A DNA stretch of 64,000 nucleotides from the human T2T-CHM13v2.0 reference genome, Homo sapiens, in NCBI RefSeq assembly GCF_009914755.1, contig NC_060942.1; one strand, written 5' to 3'. Each line of letters starts with the position of its first letter. Position 1 is the stretch's first letter. Positions 42,141-57,012 of the stretch are shown piece by piece. The notes under the pieces are model-generated. The model was not told the origin of the DNA. It searched no databases and worked only from the letters and a program-made list of their open reading frames with translations. The position numbers and the translations under genes were made by a program.

Positions 42141-43637
42141 GCACTCTTCCTCCTCAGCAGAGCAGGCCAGCACTGCAGAATCGCTTTCATCATGCCATTT
42201 AGAAATGGGCAGCTGAGGGTCAGCACCTCTGGTATGCCCAGGGTGTGCCCCACCTCTCTGCCCCATGTCTGCTGTGGTGGAGGGGAGGGAGGAGGATGAT
42301 GGGGGAGTGCCCAGATGGGAACTGCTGGCCTTCAGGGGGCCAGCTGGGCCATTGGACTGGACAAAGCCTGAGCACAGCCCCAGTTGCACCTGGTGTGACC
42401 CCCACACATGACCTGGCCATGGGGAAATCTGGCCCTGTCTGGGTGGGGCCAACAGTGCTTTGGCCCTAAGAGTCTTAGGCTTCCCAAAGAGTGAGGAAGG
42501 ACAAGGAGGCAGAGCAGGGGAAAGGAATTCACAGTTCGTGAAATTAGATGCTGCAGAAAATGTTAATGAATGCCCTGTTATCTTAATTTTCTCAGAGTGT
42601 GAAGTGTTTAGGCATCATGAGGATGAGAGTGTTACCAAACCCAGGAGAGCTTTGAGTTCAGGTCGCATTATTCTTAGATTTGTAGTTTGGTGGGGAAAGG
42701 AGTCGGACTATTTTTAGAGGGCGCCGATCTCGGTTTGTAATTAACAGACAGTGTGCCCTCCTGCTATGCACTCTCCTCACTCACACTTTGCTGTAATTAG
42801 TGTTTTAATCATCTTCTACAAGATCCTCAGGTCCGCAAGGGCCTGCAACATGCCTGTCTTCTTCACTACCCCGTCCTCCATGCTGGGCATATGAGCAGGG
42901 AGGGAGGATCGATTCCACCATGAGGGCTTGTAGGAGGTGCCAACAACTGGGCAGTCGACCAGTGGGAAGTTGAGCAGGTGGCAGGGGCAGCCTGAACTGA
43001 GCATGGATGGACAGAAGGTATGTCATGTCTGGGGAAAGCAAGTGCCAAGGATCCTGGGATGAAGTTGGGGAATGATGGGAAGAAGCAGGACAGGAAGTGC
43101 CTTGAATATTAAGTCACTCACTTCTCTTGTGTTTAGGGAGACAGGGCTGAAAACACATACTTTGTAGAAAGAACAGGAACGGTTTCATGATTCTTGTCTT
43201 TTATCAGACAGGGCCTCTATAACCCTTACAGCACCTTTGTGAGAATCGGAAATAGACATCTCTTATCTTGGTGGATGAATTTTGAAGAAAGCGGCCCCTG
43301 CCTCCCCTCTTCCCACCCAGCTGGCTGCAGCCTTGTACCAGGGCACAAGGCTTAACAAATAGGGTTTGAGCTGGCTCTTGGCCCTCACTTGCTCTCTAGG
43401 ATGGATATTTTTGAGCAGTACACAAGCTGCGCGACTGTATATGATCACCCTTTGAGATTTATGGTCTAGATTTAGGCTTCTGATTGGAGATAGTATAAGA
43501 TGGGAAGCCTTTCTGTGTCACCCAACTCTGATTGTCTTATTTACTTACACAATTCTGTTAGCCATATGTTGCTGTTCTTTGCACAAGAAACCAGGGACTA
43601 TTACTACTGGAGGTCAGGACCTTTATAAGCACATTGT

Positions 43638-43800
43638 CCACAGTTCCCAAATGTCCTGGGCCCTGAACATTGCCATCACCCAGGAGCTTATCAAAACGCT
43701 GATTTCTGTACCCCAAAATCCCATTGTGTGTGATGTAGGAGCTAGGACAGAGTCCAAGAACCTGCATTTTCATAAGCTCTCCAGTTGCACACCACAGATC
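43638..43800. mobile_element. MER5-like hAT relic
   Basis: 'atcacccaggagcttatcaaaacgctgattt...ccaagaacctgcattttcataagctctcca'. Confidence 0.6.
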
Positions 43801-45417
43801 TAACCCACTTCTAGACAAGGAAACAGAAGCCCAGAGAGGTTTGGTGACTTGCCCAGGCCATCCCAAACTGGAGAGGAGACCTGAGTTTGGCGATGTTCAG
43901 TGCAGGCCTCCTCTGACTGTCTGCCCACCATGCTGAACCCAGTCCTCTCCAAGCTCTCCCATCTCTGACGATCTCCAAGGCCAGGAACCTGGCTCTGTGC
44001 CATTTTGTTTACAAACTGTGCTTCCTTTAGCCATCAATGTTTTGTCCCCTCTTAGTGTATTATCAGTACTTTACTGAAGCATAATTCACATACAGTAAAA
44101 TGCATTAATCTTAAGTGCACAGCCTGAGGGATTTTGACAAATGTTTATACCCCTATAATCATTGCCCCAGATCCAAGTAAAGGTGATTTCCATTGCCCCA
44201 GAAGGCCATCAGTTGTTCTGAAAGGACAGAGGCACCTATTGGGGGACAGAGATCACTTCTGTTTGTTCCATGCGTGTGTCTTTGGGTTTTCTGTAATCTT
44301 CCTTGGAAGGGTGAGGCCTGCGGATGGGGCAGAGGTGGAGGAGCAGTGGGAACAATGTGTAGCCACATTTCTCAAACCCAGAGCATTGTCATGTGCCAGG
44401 GCAGACCAAGCTGCCGGGTAAAAGTGCTGCATCTTCTTGGGGTGTTAACACCATTTGAAGATCGTGCAAGAAAATCTATCTTTATGTTGAAATATAGGGA
44501 TGGATAGAGAGCAGAATGTAAAACTCATTTGGATATTGACGACAAAACATTCACCTTTTAGAAAGTGGGGAAAGTGGGCTTCTCTTAACCCTACCTCTGG
44601 ATCCCCAAGGGTAGCAGTCTTGCTCCTGCCCTGTCCTAGCCTTAAGGAGAGTTTGAGAAGTGCCAGTGTGTGGCATTCATTGCTGAAGCCATTCAGAGGA
44701 TCCCATGGTGTTCTGTGTGATTGAGATAGGGCCTGGGAATACAGCCTGGACACCCACACCATCCACACACTGGGGGTGACCTGCTGGGAAGGATGACAGT
44801 ACTGTTTCCCCTGGAGACTTGGCAGGTGGCGCATCCTCCAAAACTCTTTGAAGAATCTACATTTTTAAGACATGAAGCTGTGGACAGGGACACTTGGCAT
44901 TTTCATCCCATCCCTAGGAGGGGCTAGAGCATCCAAGCACTGCAATATACTCCAGCCTGAAGAGGTTCTCTGGGACTTTGTTAAGGGGCATTGACCACTG
45001 TTCCCACCTCCCAGGGACAGAATCGGCTCAGAGCGTTTCAGCCGTCGACCCAGCCACTGAGCACGCCTGCTACTCACAGATGTGCCTCCCTTTCTGTTTC
45101 ATATAGATTCTTTTCTGATGCTTTGTTTTCCTGCCTCAATTTCATAAATCTTTATAGTTGAGTTTTAAAAAATAACTTGCAAATGTTTTCCCTTTGGGTG
45201 AACTCTTGCTTCTGTGTGTTGTGATGGTGGCGATGCTGATTCCAAGAGCTAAATATGCGATGAGGATGCCTGTCGCAGGGGTGGTGGCCTCTGCCCTCAC
45301 TTTTCCTAGAGACATATTTGTAAGTGAAATGTCAAAGGCATCTTTGGTTATTTCTAGGTTCTACATATATTTAACGAGTTTTAAAATACTCGTGCCAAAT
45401 TGCCCAGCAGAAGATAG

Positions 45418-45798
<381 letters not shown>

Positions 45799-46299
45799 TA
45801 AATTTGATAGATGTAAAATTGTACCAAAGTTTCCTTTGCATTTCTTTGGTTAGTCACTGCGAAGATTTTTCAGGAATTTATAACCTGTTTCTGTTGCTTC
45901 CTTTATAAATTTGCTTTTTATGCTCTGCTCATTTTGCTATTTTTGATGTATTTATGTCTTTCTTTTATTTTAGTTAGAGTCTTAATTTATAGGGTACCTC
46001 CTTAGTTTCCAGTTTTCAAAAAATATTATCTCTACCCAGACTCAGAGGCTTGGAACAGATTCACTCCAAAGCGGTATCAGGCCACCACTCCTACACAGTG
46101 TCTTTGGGAACATTAGAAAAACTGCTTCTTCCCTGTCTCATACAGCACCATCCTAAGTTTAGGGCTTAGTGAGTGGCACCCAGGTAAGTTCAACCTGTCC
46201 TGGGTCCCTTAGCCAGGCTCCCCTGTTCAGAACACAGCTGTACAACCTACACAACCCACTGTGGCCACTCTAGTGTTGTAAAAAGTGAACTAAGCCACA

Positions 46300-46606
46300 T
46301 TCTTTTTTTTTTTTTTTTTTTTAATTGAGACGGAGTCTTGCTCTGTTGCTCAGACTGGAATGCCGTGGCATGATCTCAGCTCACCACAACCTCCACCTCT
46401 CAGGTTCAGGCGATTCTCCTGCCTCAGCCTCCTGAGTAGCTGGAACTACAGGTGCGCACCACCATGCCCGGCTAATTTTTGTATTTTTAGTAGAGATGGG
46501 GTTTCACTATGTTGGCCAGGCTGGTCTCGAACTCCTGACCTCATGATCCATCCACCTCGGCCTCCCAGAGTGCTGGGATTACAGGCATGAGCCACCGCGC
46601 CTGGCT
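46300..46606 (-). mobile_element. AluS (Sg-like)
   Basis: Full dimer; degenerate TSD gccacatt/gccacttt. Confidence 0.9.
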
Positions 46607-48354
46607 GCCACTTTTAAAAATAATAACGAAAACTCCAAGCCATTGAGGGTACAATTTTTAATACAATTAAACCTCCCAGCTACCACTGTGGGCATCATGG
46701 TGTTCTGCATGGAATCTGATTTTGCTTGGCATTGGTCTGGTCTGTGCTGTGGCATGCCGGATAGCAGAGGCCTGGGAGGGAGTTCAGAGGCCTGGGTTCT
46801 AGTCCTGGCTGTGTTACTAATGCATGGCATGACTGTGGGCAAGCCAGCTTTTTGGGGCCTCACTTTTCTCATCTGTAAAAGGAGAGGCTGTGACTAAGTA
46901 AACTTCCAGGTCATTCTCAGCTCTAAATATCTGCAAGTTCGAGTTTTAGCTGTATTTTTCTTTTTTCCCCCAAAAGATTATGACACCTGTAAGACAGGTT
47001 AGTTTTAGATTTTTTCTTTAGCATCTGGGTTATGAAAAACAAAATCCATTTTGACGTTTTTGCATTCCATCAAATTTCTACCTGATTTATGCTGTTTTAC
47101 GTGTGTCTGAAAAGAGGATTACTTACACACAGCCAATCGCCTTTCTCCATTTTACCAAAGGCATCTTGGGGTCTGTGGAGTCACTGAGAGAAGGCATGGA
47201 TGTGCTTGACAGTGGGAAAATGTGGTTAAATTACTCTCTTGGCTCATCCCACCTTTTCCTTCTCTCCTTTCTCAGTAACTGTTTATGGGGCATCTCCCCG
47301 GGGAGGCTCAGAACTGAGCAACCCTTCGAGGACCTCTGTGCCTTGTGGGGAGCCGGGAATTACTGGGACCCTCCTAAGTGGCAGCTCCATGGGCATTCTT
47401 CCTTGCTCGCATCCTCATGGCCTCTCCCACAGAGGACACCCCCCAGCCCACTCTCCCTGATTCCACTTTCTCTACCACCCCAGGCCTTTCATGCTTTCCA
47501 GCATTCCCCAGAACCCATTCTCTGTGGCCTGTCAAAGGTGGGGTTTCATCCCAGCCACTTCTCCACTTGCTCTCTTCCTAGACCCTCTGGCCCTCTCAGG
47601 TGGCCCTGCCTGGCACCTGTGTGCTCCACACCAGGCCTGTCTTCTGAGCCCAATCCAGCTCCCACTTGGCTGCCTTAGGGACCTCTGGACCTCAGATGTC
47701 TCAGACCATGTGGTCCCAAATCTAGCTCGCGATCCTCATCCACAGTCCCTGTCTGGCTTTCCTGTCACCTAGCTGATCCCCCAAACACATGGCATCCTGC
47801 CTCTCCTGACCCCTGCCCCCACCCTCCCTGACCTGTCTGTCCTGCCCCTGCCCGGCTCGCTCCACATCCGTCCTTCCTTCTCCTGGCTGCATCTTCTGAG
47901 GTCTGGCCTCCTACAGTCTCTCCTGCTCCCAGTCTTCCTTTATTGCTTTGATCCAAATTTAAAACAAAGAACACCGCTGTCCTGTGGCGGGCTCCCTGCG
48001 GGAGTCACTGCTGTCTCTTTACCCTTCCCCATCTCAGGAGGGGCCCAATGCAGGCTTGCGCAGCTGAACTGGACTTATCCTTGATCAAGGTCAGACTTTT
48101 CCCTCTGATTGTTCTGCCACCTCCTCAGCCACACAGTGGCTGAGGGCACCGGACTTTTCCCTTTCCCCTCCCTCTCTACATGTACCCGGCGCCCCTGTCT
48201 CCCATAATCCTCCAGAGGTTAAGTAGATCCAAGACCCTTGGGCTGCATGTCGGAGCAAATCCAGCCCAACTTTTTAAGAAAACCAGGGCTCTGGGAAGGG
48301 GCAAATGCTGGGTCACGTCGTTGGAGGTTTGTGGCAGGGACTCTCATGCCTGCG

Positions 48355-48814
48355 TGTATGAGTTTCCCAGGACTATTGTCACGAATTATCACAACCTGGG
48401 GGGCTTAAGACAGCAGAAACTCATTCTTTTAGTCCTGGAGGCTGGAAGTCCAGAATGAAGGTATCTGTAGGGCTGTTTCCTTCTGAGGGCCGTCAGGGGG
48501 AGTCTGTTCCAGCTTTTCTCCTGGCTCGAGGCAGCTCCCAACAGTCCTTGGCATGTTAGGGCTGGCAGATCCAGGGCTATGCCGGTCCCCTGCCTGCCTC
48601 CATCTTCACATGTACTCTCCTCTTGTGTGTCTGTGTCCAAATTTCCCTCTTCTTATAAGGACCCCAGTCCCTGGATTAGGGTTCCAGTATGACCCCATCC
48701 TAACTTGTTTACATCTATAAAGACCCTATTTCCAAATAAGGCCACATTCACAGGTCCTAGGGACTAGGGGTCCAACATGCCTTTTAGGAGGGAGGACACA
48801 GCTGAGCTAATGCA
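48355..48814 (-). mobile_element. MaLR solo LTR, MLT1C-like
   Basis: 'tgtatgagtttcccaggactattgtcacgaattatcacaacctggggggcttaa...agaccctatttccaaataaggccacattc'. Confidence 0.82.
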
Positions 48815-50965
48815 GTGTGGTCCATGTCACTTGTTTTTGTGGTGCTAGAGAGGGACCGTGAGGTGTGGGTCACACTGGTTCACCTTGTGGGTGGATTTAG
48901 CTGGCCTTTGAGGTTGAAAGTTCTCAGCATTGTATTTGTAAGACCTGTATCATTAATAAACATTTTGCTAGTCTTGGATGCTTCTTTGTGTGGGGGGAGC
49001 TGGGAGATGGAGGACAGAGGTCACCTGGGCCATCTTTCCAGGTGAGATTATACATTTCAGCCTAGGGTGGGGCAGAGCCACCTCACGGAAGCATCACTTT
49101 TATTCTTTCACTTTTTGTCATTTTCCCCTTTGGAAACTAAGCTTGTTCGTGCTCTGGGACGTGCGGTCATGCGTCCCTCACTGCTGGGTTGAGCTGGTAG
49201 GCCTGCCCCTGCTTTCCTTTACAGGCGAGTGCCTCGTGCTGCTGTTTTTCTGATTGCTCTGGAAGTTCATTGTTGCTCTGGCCCTCCTGACCTGTGTCTG
49301 GCCTTTGCCCATGTGCAGAGTTTGTGGATCAGCATTTCAGGGGTGCGGGGGCGTGGTGGTATGCGAGTCCATAGCCGTGGAAGTTTGGGACCCAAGCCTC
49401 ATGAGGCAGAAGCCTGGCTCTGGGGCTCCATATTTAGTCTGGAATCCAGCCTCAGCTGCTGCTCTGGGGCCACACTGGATGCCAGAAAGGGCAGAACACT
49501 GGCCCGGAGCCAGAGCTAGGACAGCAGGGCCTGCTGTGCAGCGCAGCTGGTGCCCAAGGGGCATGGACCTTGCTGGGCCTGCCCGGAACTGGCCTGCCCC
49601 TGCCTTTGTGTCAACCAGGAGGCCTGTGGGAAAGGGGGCTGGGAAGAAAGTGAGCAAACACCTCAGAATTGGAAGGATCAGAACTGGACAGGGCCTCGGA
49701 GTGACATAGTCCAGTGCACCCTTTCTGCAGAGAAGAAAGACTGGGGTGGCCCAGGGCGGTGACTTGCCCAAGGTCACACAGTTAATGGCAGAGCCACTAG
49801 ATTTGGGCTTCTGGACATCAAATCCTTTGCCCTTCCCTGGAACCATGCTGCCCAGGAGGCCAGGCCGTTATCAGGGTGGGACTCCCTCCAGGCACCACCT
49901 TCGCCAGAGACCAGAAGAGGATGGCCACACCCTCGGGAGCACGCAAATTGGGAAAAAGCAGACATCCATTTCGGATGACTTCCTGCCCCTCTTTCTGTGC
50001 TACTTCCCAGGCTCCACTGGCTTCTGCCACTCCTCACCCTCCACCCCGCCCCCACCACTGAGACCTGCTTATTATGTTAGTCATTTACCCCATAGTGTGA
50101 ATATCAGTCCTCTCCCAGAGGAACTTGGACAACAGCCATGGAGTGAGAGTTGGAGTCAGCCAGACACAGCCAGACACAGCATTACGGGACATGTTGCAAG
50201 GTGCATATGGACTGAAACAGGCAGATCTCAGAAATGGAGGAAGCCCCTGGGACCTGCTCTCTCAGGAAGGGAAGGCCAGGGAGAGCTATTTCCAAACCAA
50301 CCTGGGAAGTGTGGGAAGATGCTCCTAGCACGTCTCAGCTCCTGTCTAGTGACTGATCCATCTCCCTTGTCCATGGAGACTGGCTGACCCATCTCATGTT
50401 CTATAGCTCAGATCTACTCAGGAGGCAGTCCGATGGCCTCACTCATTATAATTACCCTGACTCTTCTAAGGCAGTCTTCCCATCACCCCACCTTGTGGGT
50501 CCCAGGCTGGCTGTGGATGGGCCACCCTCTGATGTGGTACCCACCGCTCCAGGCAATGGCTGCCCACAAGGACAGAACAGGCTGGCCTGGAGCTCTGAGC
50601 AGGACACATGGGAGAAGACAGACTCAGCATCAAGAAAAGGTCAACACCAGCCTGGCAGGTCCCTGGCCCCACGTCCAGTATGTGCCCTTACCTGCTGTGT
50701 GACCTTGGTGTCTGAACCTTTCTGAGCCTCAGTTTCCTCATTTCTAGGGATCCATTCTTCAGATTAGAGGCAGAACTGAAGAGAGTGCAGCTAAAGGCTT
50801 AGCTCCCAGTAGCCACTCACATAGCTATCATTGTGGTGCGCATTTCCTCATGCAACCCTGGCAGGTAGGCAGGGCCAGTACTTGTAACCCCATTTTACAG
50901 ACTTGGAAATTGATAGTTAGAGTAAGTAATGGACCTACCCAGCCCTTTGCATTTCTGGTGCTGCA

Positions 50966-51278
50966 CTTTTTCTTTTCTTTTCTTTTTTCTTAGAGACAGG
51001 GTCTCGCTCTGTGGCCCAGGCTGGGGTGCAGTAGCACAATCATAGCTCATTGTAGCCTCCAGCTCCTGGGCTCAAGCAATCCTCCCACCTCAGCCTCCTA
51101 AGCAGCTGGTACTGCAGGCATGCACCACCATGCCCAGCTAGTTTAAAAATTCTTTTTTTGTAGAGATGGGATCTCACTTTGCTGCCCCAGCTGGTCTCAA
51201 GTTCCTGGCTGCAAGTGATCCTCCTGCCTCTGCTTCGGAAAGCGCTGGGATTACAGGTGTGAGCCACTATGCCTGGTC
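50966..51278 (-). mobile_element. AluJ
   Basis: Degenerate TSD gtgctgcactttt/gtgctgtgctttt. Confidence 0.88.
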
Positions 51279-51315
51279 AGTGCTGTGCTTTTTCTACTGA
51301 AACACCCCGGTATTA

Positions 51316-51921
<606 letters not shown>

Positions 51922-52600
51922 TCATTGTTAACAGTTGGAGACTGTGTGCAGGCCTCTGCCTGGCAGTGCTGAGGATAGCGATTAGCAGGGAGTGGCGGGG
52001 ACTAATCGCTCTCATCAGCCGGGAAGAATCCAAGCCTGCCTGCCGTTCACAGGTGGCCTTTAGCTCCTTGGGCCCCAGGGAAAGAGGAACAAAGGGAATC
52101 GCTGCAAAACATCTGGGGGCTTCCTCTTGTTCCGGAGAGGCAGGCTGCCGCGGATCAGGGAATGGAGGCAGCGGGGATCTGGGAGGCCCAGAAGCAGTGG
52201 AACCACAGCTGGGCTGGTGTCTATACAGCCCATGTCCTGCCTTCAGATGAGCAGGAACATTTTTAGAGGATGCCTGTGAAGTTTTCTCCTGTTCCTCTCA
52301 CCCTGGGCATCATCAGGGGGCTCTGTATCTGGTGGGAGCATGGCAGCATTCAAGGTGCAGGAGGAAGCTCAGGCGGAGATTCCCTCTGGTCAGTGTACAG
52401 TTGGCAGAAATGCCCGGGAGACCCTCAGCTGGGGAACGCACCCAAGATGGAGAGCAGGGGCGTCAACACCTCCGCTGGGATTCTTAAGACTTCGCAGAAA
52501 AGGGCAAGTTTGTAGTGCATTTGAAGGACTTGGTTGAATTAAAGCAAAATTATCCTCATTATTGTCATCATTATTGATATTAATAATATGTAACTAGAAA

Positions 52601-52908
52601 TCTTTTTTTTTTCTTTTTTTTTTTTGAGACGGACTCTCGCTCTGTCGCCCAGGCCAGAGTGCAGTGGCGCGATCTCGGCTCACTGCAAGCTCTGCCTCCC
52701 GGGTTCATGCCATTCTCCTGCCTCCGCCTCCCCGAGTAGCTGGGACTACAGGCGCCTGCCACAATGCCCGGCTAATTTTTTTGTATTTTTAGTAGAGACG
52801 GGGTTTCACCGTATTAGCCAGGATGGTCTCGATCTCCTGACCTCGTGATCCGCCCGCCTCAGCCTCCCAAAGTGCTGGGATTACAGGTGTGAGCCACCAC
52901 ACCCGGCC
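52601..52908 (-). mobile_element. AluY
   Basis: CpG-rich, with AluY diagnostics. Confidence 0.9.
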
Positions 52909-53413
52909 AATTCGAATTCTTTTGTATTTTAAAGCTGACTTTTATGTTCTTAAACTCTGGGAGGTTTTTTGTTTGTTTTTTTTTTTAAGATATTATTCTT
53001 ATTTATAGATATAGGAATGAGGCCTATAGATGAAGGTGGCTGGCTGAGGTGAGCAGGCCAAGGTGAGGATATACCTTTGCCTCAGGTGGGGTTAGGGCCA
53101 GGCCCAGTGATGCTGGGAACCCATTCAGATCCTTTTCTTTCAGAATATCTGGCATTTAGTTATGCACTGTGTGATAGAGGCTCCTGAACAATTTCTTAGA
53201 GGACTGTTTCCTATCAACCAGATGACATGGACCAAAGAGGTGAATTTTTACCTCTCCTGTGCCACAGATCCCTCCTATGAACACAAGCCCCCCCTCCTAT
53301 CTGCCCCCTTCCCCCACTCCTGCAATGTGCAGCAGACAGTTTCTTTGGTGTCGTGAACTGTGGCTGCAGTCTGGCCTACCCTTTTCCGGCGGGTCCTGGG
53401 GGATGCCTTGCTC

Positions 53414-53602
53414 ACCGGCTGGCTTCCTGAGCCTGCACCCCATGCGGATGCACGGGGTCCCACACTCAGAAGGGTTCATGTTTGGTTAATACTCCATAGT
53501 CACTGTTTTGAAATTTTTATTTTGAGCAAGAAGCCCTTCATTCTTCCCCACCCCCACCCCACCCCGCCCCAACTGGGCCTCGAAAATTATATAGCCAGTC
53601 CT
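53414..53602 (+). mobile_element. MER53 (hAT MITE)
   Basis: 'ggggtcccacactcagaaggg...ttgaaattttt...ctgggcctcgaaaattatatagccagtcctg'. Confidence 0.7.
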
Positions 53603-54569
53603 GCTTGCTCCAGGCCCCACAGTTGTTGAAGCATGGATCTGTGCTCCTGACTGCCACGTGGCAGGTCTGTGAGCTGGCCTAATGGCTATGGAGTAGCCGG
53701 CAGAGGCCCAGGGGCTGAGGCCTGAGCTGTTTGTGGGGCCTGGCATTTAGGGCAGCGTAGGGATTTCTGGAATGAGTCCTCACACATTCTCCAGCCACCA
53801 CTTTCCAACCCTCCCTCCATCCCGGCCTCTGCCCCTTCCCTCCTCACTTGGAAACACCAGGTGCACGTTGTGACCTTGTTGGCAAAAAGCAAGGTGCCGG
53901 AAATCCATGCACCCACAGCAGATAACTGTCCCCCTCCTGTGCCCATCCTGAAGCTGGCCCAATCTGAGCTCCCCACAGGAGTTTATTTTTGATAGATCGA
54001 GAAGACTAGAACTATCCAAGGAACGAGAACTGCCCCGCTTGGGCCTCCTCCTCACCTGGTGCGTTCAGTCAGGCTGCAGCATGCCCTGAGGATGTGCTGC
54101 AAGTCCCTGGGGCCAGGCTGAGAGAGCTGAGGCCCTTGTCTTGATGAACTGCAGGAGTTGCTGTCAGGGCCTGCTGGGCCCTGAAGGCCTCCAGTCTGCC
54201 AAGAGGGAGGTGGCCGTGAGCTGAGTGGTGCCAAGTCTCCGGTGCCAGGCATTGGAAAGGTCATCTTGACATCCGTCTTCCCTTCCCTGTCTCGAAGCAT
54301 CAAGTCACAATGAACAAAAGAATCAGCACTAAGCAGGCATGAGGAAATGGACCCCCGAGCCTGGCCACCCAAGGGATGGGGTCAGGGGACCTGGCACCTG
54401 GGCTTCTTGTGGCCTATCCTTGGGTAAGTCATAGGATTCTAGGATTTTAAAGGTGGCAGGCACCTTAGAGCTCACCCAGCCCAGCCTCTTATCCAGACGA
54501 GGGGACTGAGAGCAAAGGGGAGAGTGGGAGCGGCTCCCTTCCAGGTCTCAGTTAGGATTAGGATTGTTG

Positions 54570-55390
<821 letters not shown>

Positions 55391-55551
55391 CGGTGACATA
55401 GAACAGAAAATCCAAAGAACAGAGGTTTAAACAACATACTCCTTTATTTCTTTCTTACGTCTACAGGCAGGCAGCTCAGGCCTCGTGTGAGGGCTCTGTG
55501 ATCACAGGGGCCCAAGCTCTTTCTATCTTTCTGCTTTGCCCTGTGTAATAG

Positions 55552-56001
<450 letters not shown>

Positions 56002-56587
56002 TGGAATCAGTTCCTTTAAAGGGTTCAGTAACTTCCCTTTACACCTCATTGGTCACTCCTATCTGTGAGGGAGGCTGCAAAATGTAGTTTTTCTCTAGGT
56101 ACATTTTCTCCCCCAGTGTTATAAGGATTCTGTTAATAAGGAAGGAGAGAATGGATTTTCCAGATTCAACTAGCAGTGACTGCTGTTTTTAATGGCTCCT
56201 CAACCTGAAGGTGTAAAGCCATATCTTCCACCTCCACTGCATCATGTGGGCCCTGCCCCAAATTCCTGGTCTCCTGGGGATGCTGAGTGGGTGGAATAAG
56301 GGGCAAATGTTGGAGGATAAAGTTCTAGTGCAACATAGGATAGAACAGTGAACGAAGAAGTGTAACATCAACTGGCCTCTTCGTTCACTGCCTCATTCAT
56401 TTATCATCGATTTGCTGACTGCCTACCTTGCATGAGGCAGCAGGAAAAGGAGGAAGACATAGAGTTAAGGGAACCACAGCCTCCAGTGGGAGACAGACCT
56501 GTGACTGGATAGATGACCAGTCAGCTAACAGTCACCAGAAAGCCAGCCCTGGGAAGGAAGGCATGCAGGCTGGGACTTGAAGGGTAG

Positions 56588-57012
56588 TGATATGTGTTGA
56601 ATATGTGTCCCCTCTCAATCTCATGTTGAAATATGATCTCCAGTGTTGGAGGTGGGGCCTGGTGGGAGGTGTTTGGATCATGGAGATGGATCCTTCATGA
56701 ATGGCTTGGTGCCATCCCCTTGGTGATAAGCGAACTCTCTCCCTGAGTTCACGTGAGACCTGGTTTAAAAGTGTGTGGTACCCTCCCCCCGCCCCACCCC
56801 TGCCTTGCTCCTGCCCTGGCCATGTGACGTGCCTGCTTTCACTTTGCCTTCTGCCATGAGTGAAAGCTCCCTGAAGCCTCCCCAGCAGCCAAGTAGATGC
56901 TGGTGCAATGCTTGTACAGCCTGCAGAACCATGAACCAATGAAGCCTTTTTTCTTTATAAATTACCCAGCCTCAGGTATTCCTTTATAGCAATGTGAGAA
57001 TGGCCTAACACA
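56588..57012 (+). mobile_element. MSTB-like MaLR solo LTR
   Basis: 'tgatatgtgttgaatatgtgtcccctctcaatctcatgttgaaat...ggaggtggggcctggtgggaggtgtttggatcatgg...ctaacaca'; TSD ggtag/ggtgg. Confidence 0.85.

Noticed and set aside
49254-50387. 150-213 aa ORFs
   Set aside because: No recognisable homology; partly overlap a MIR; open on both strands in GC-rich sequence.
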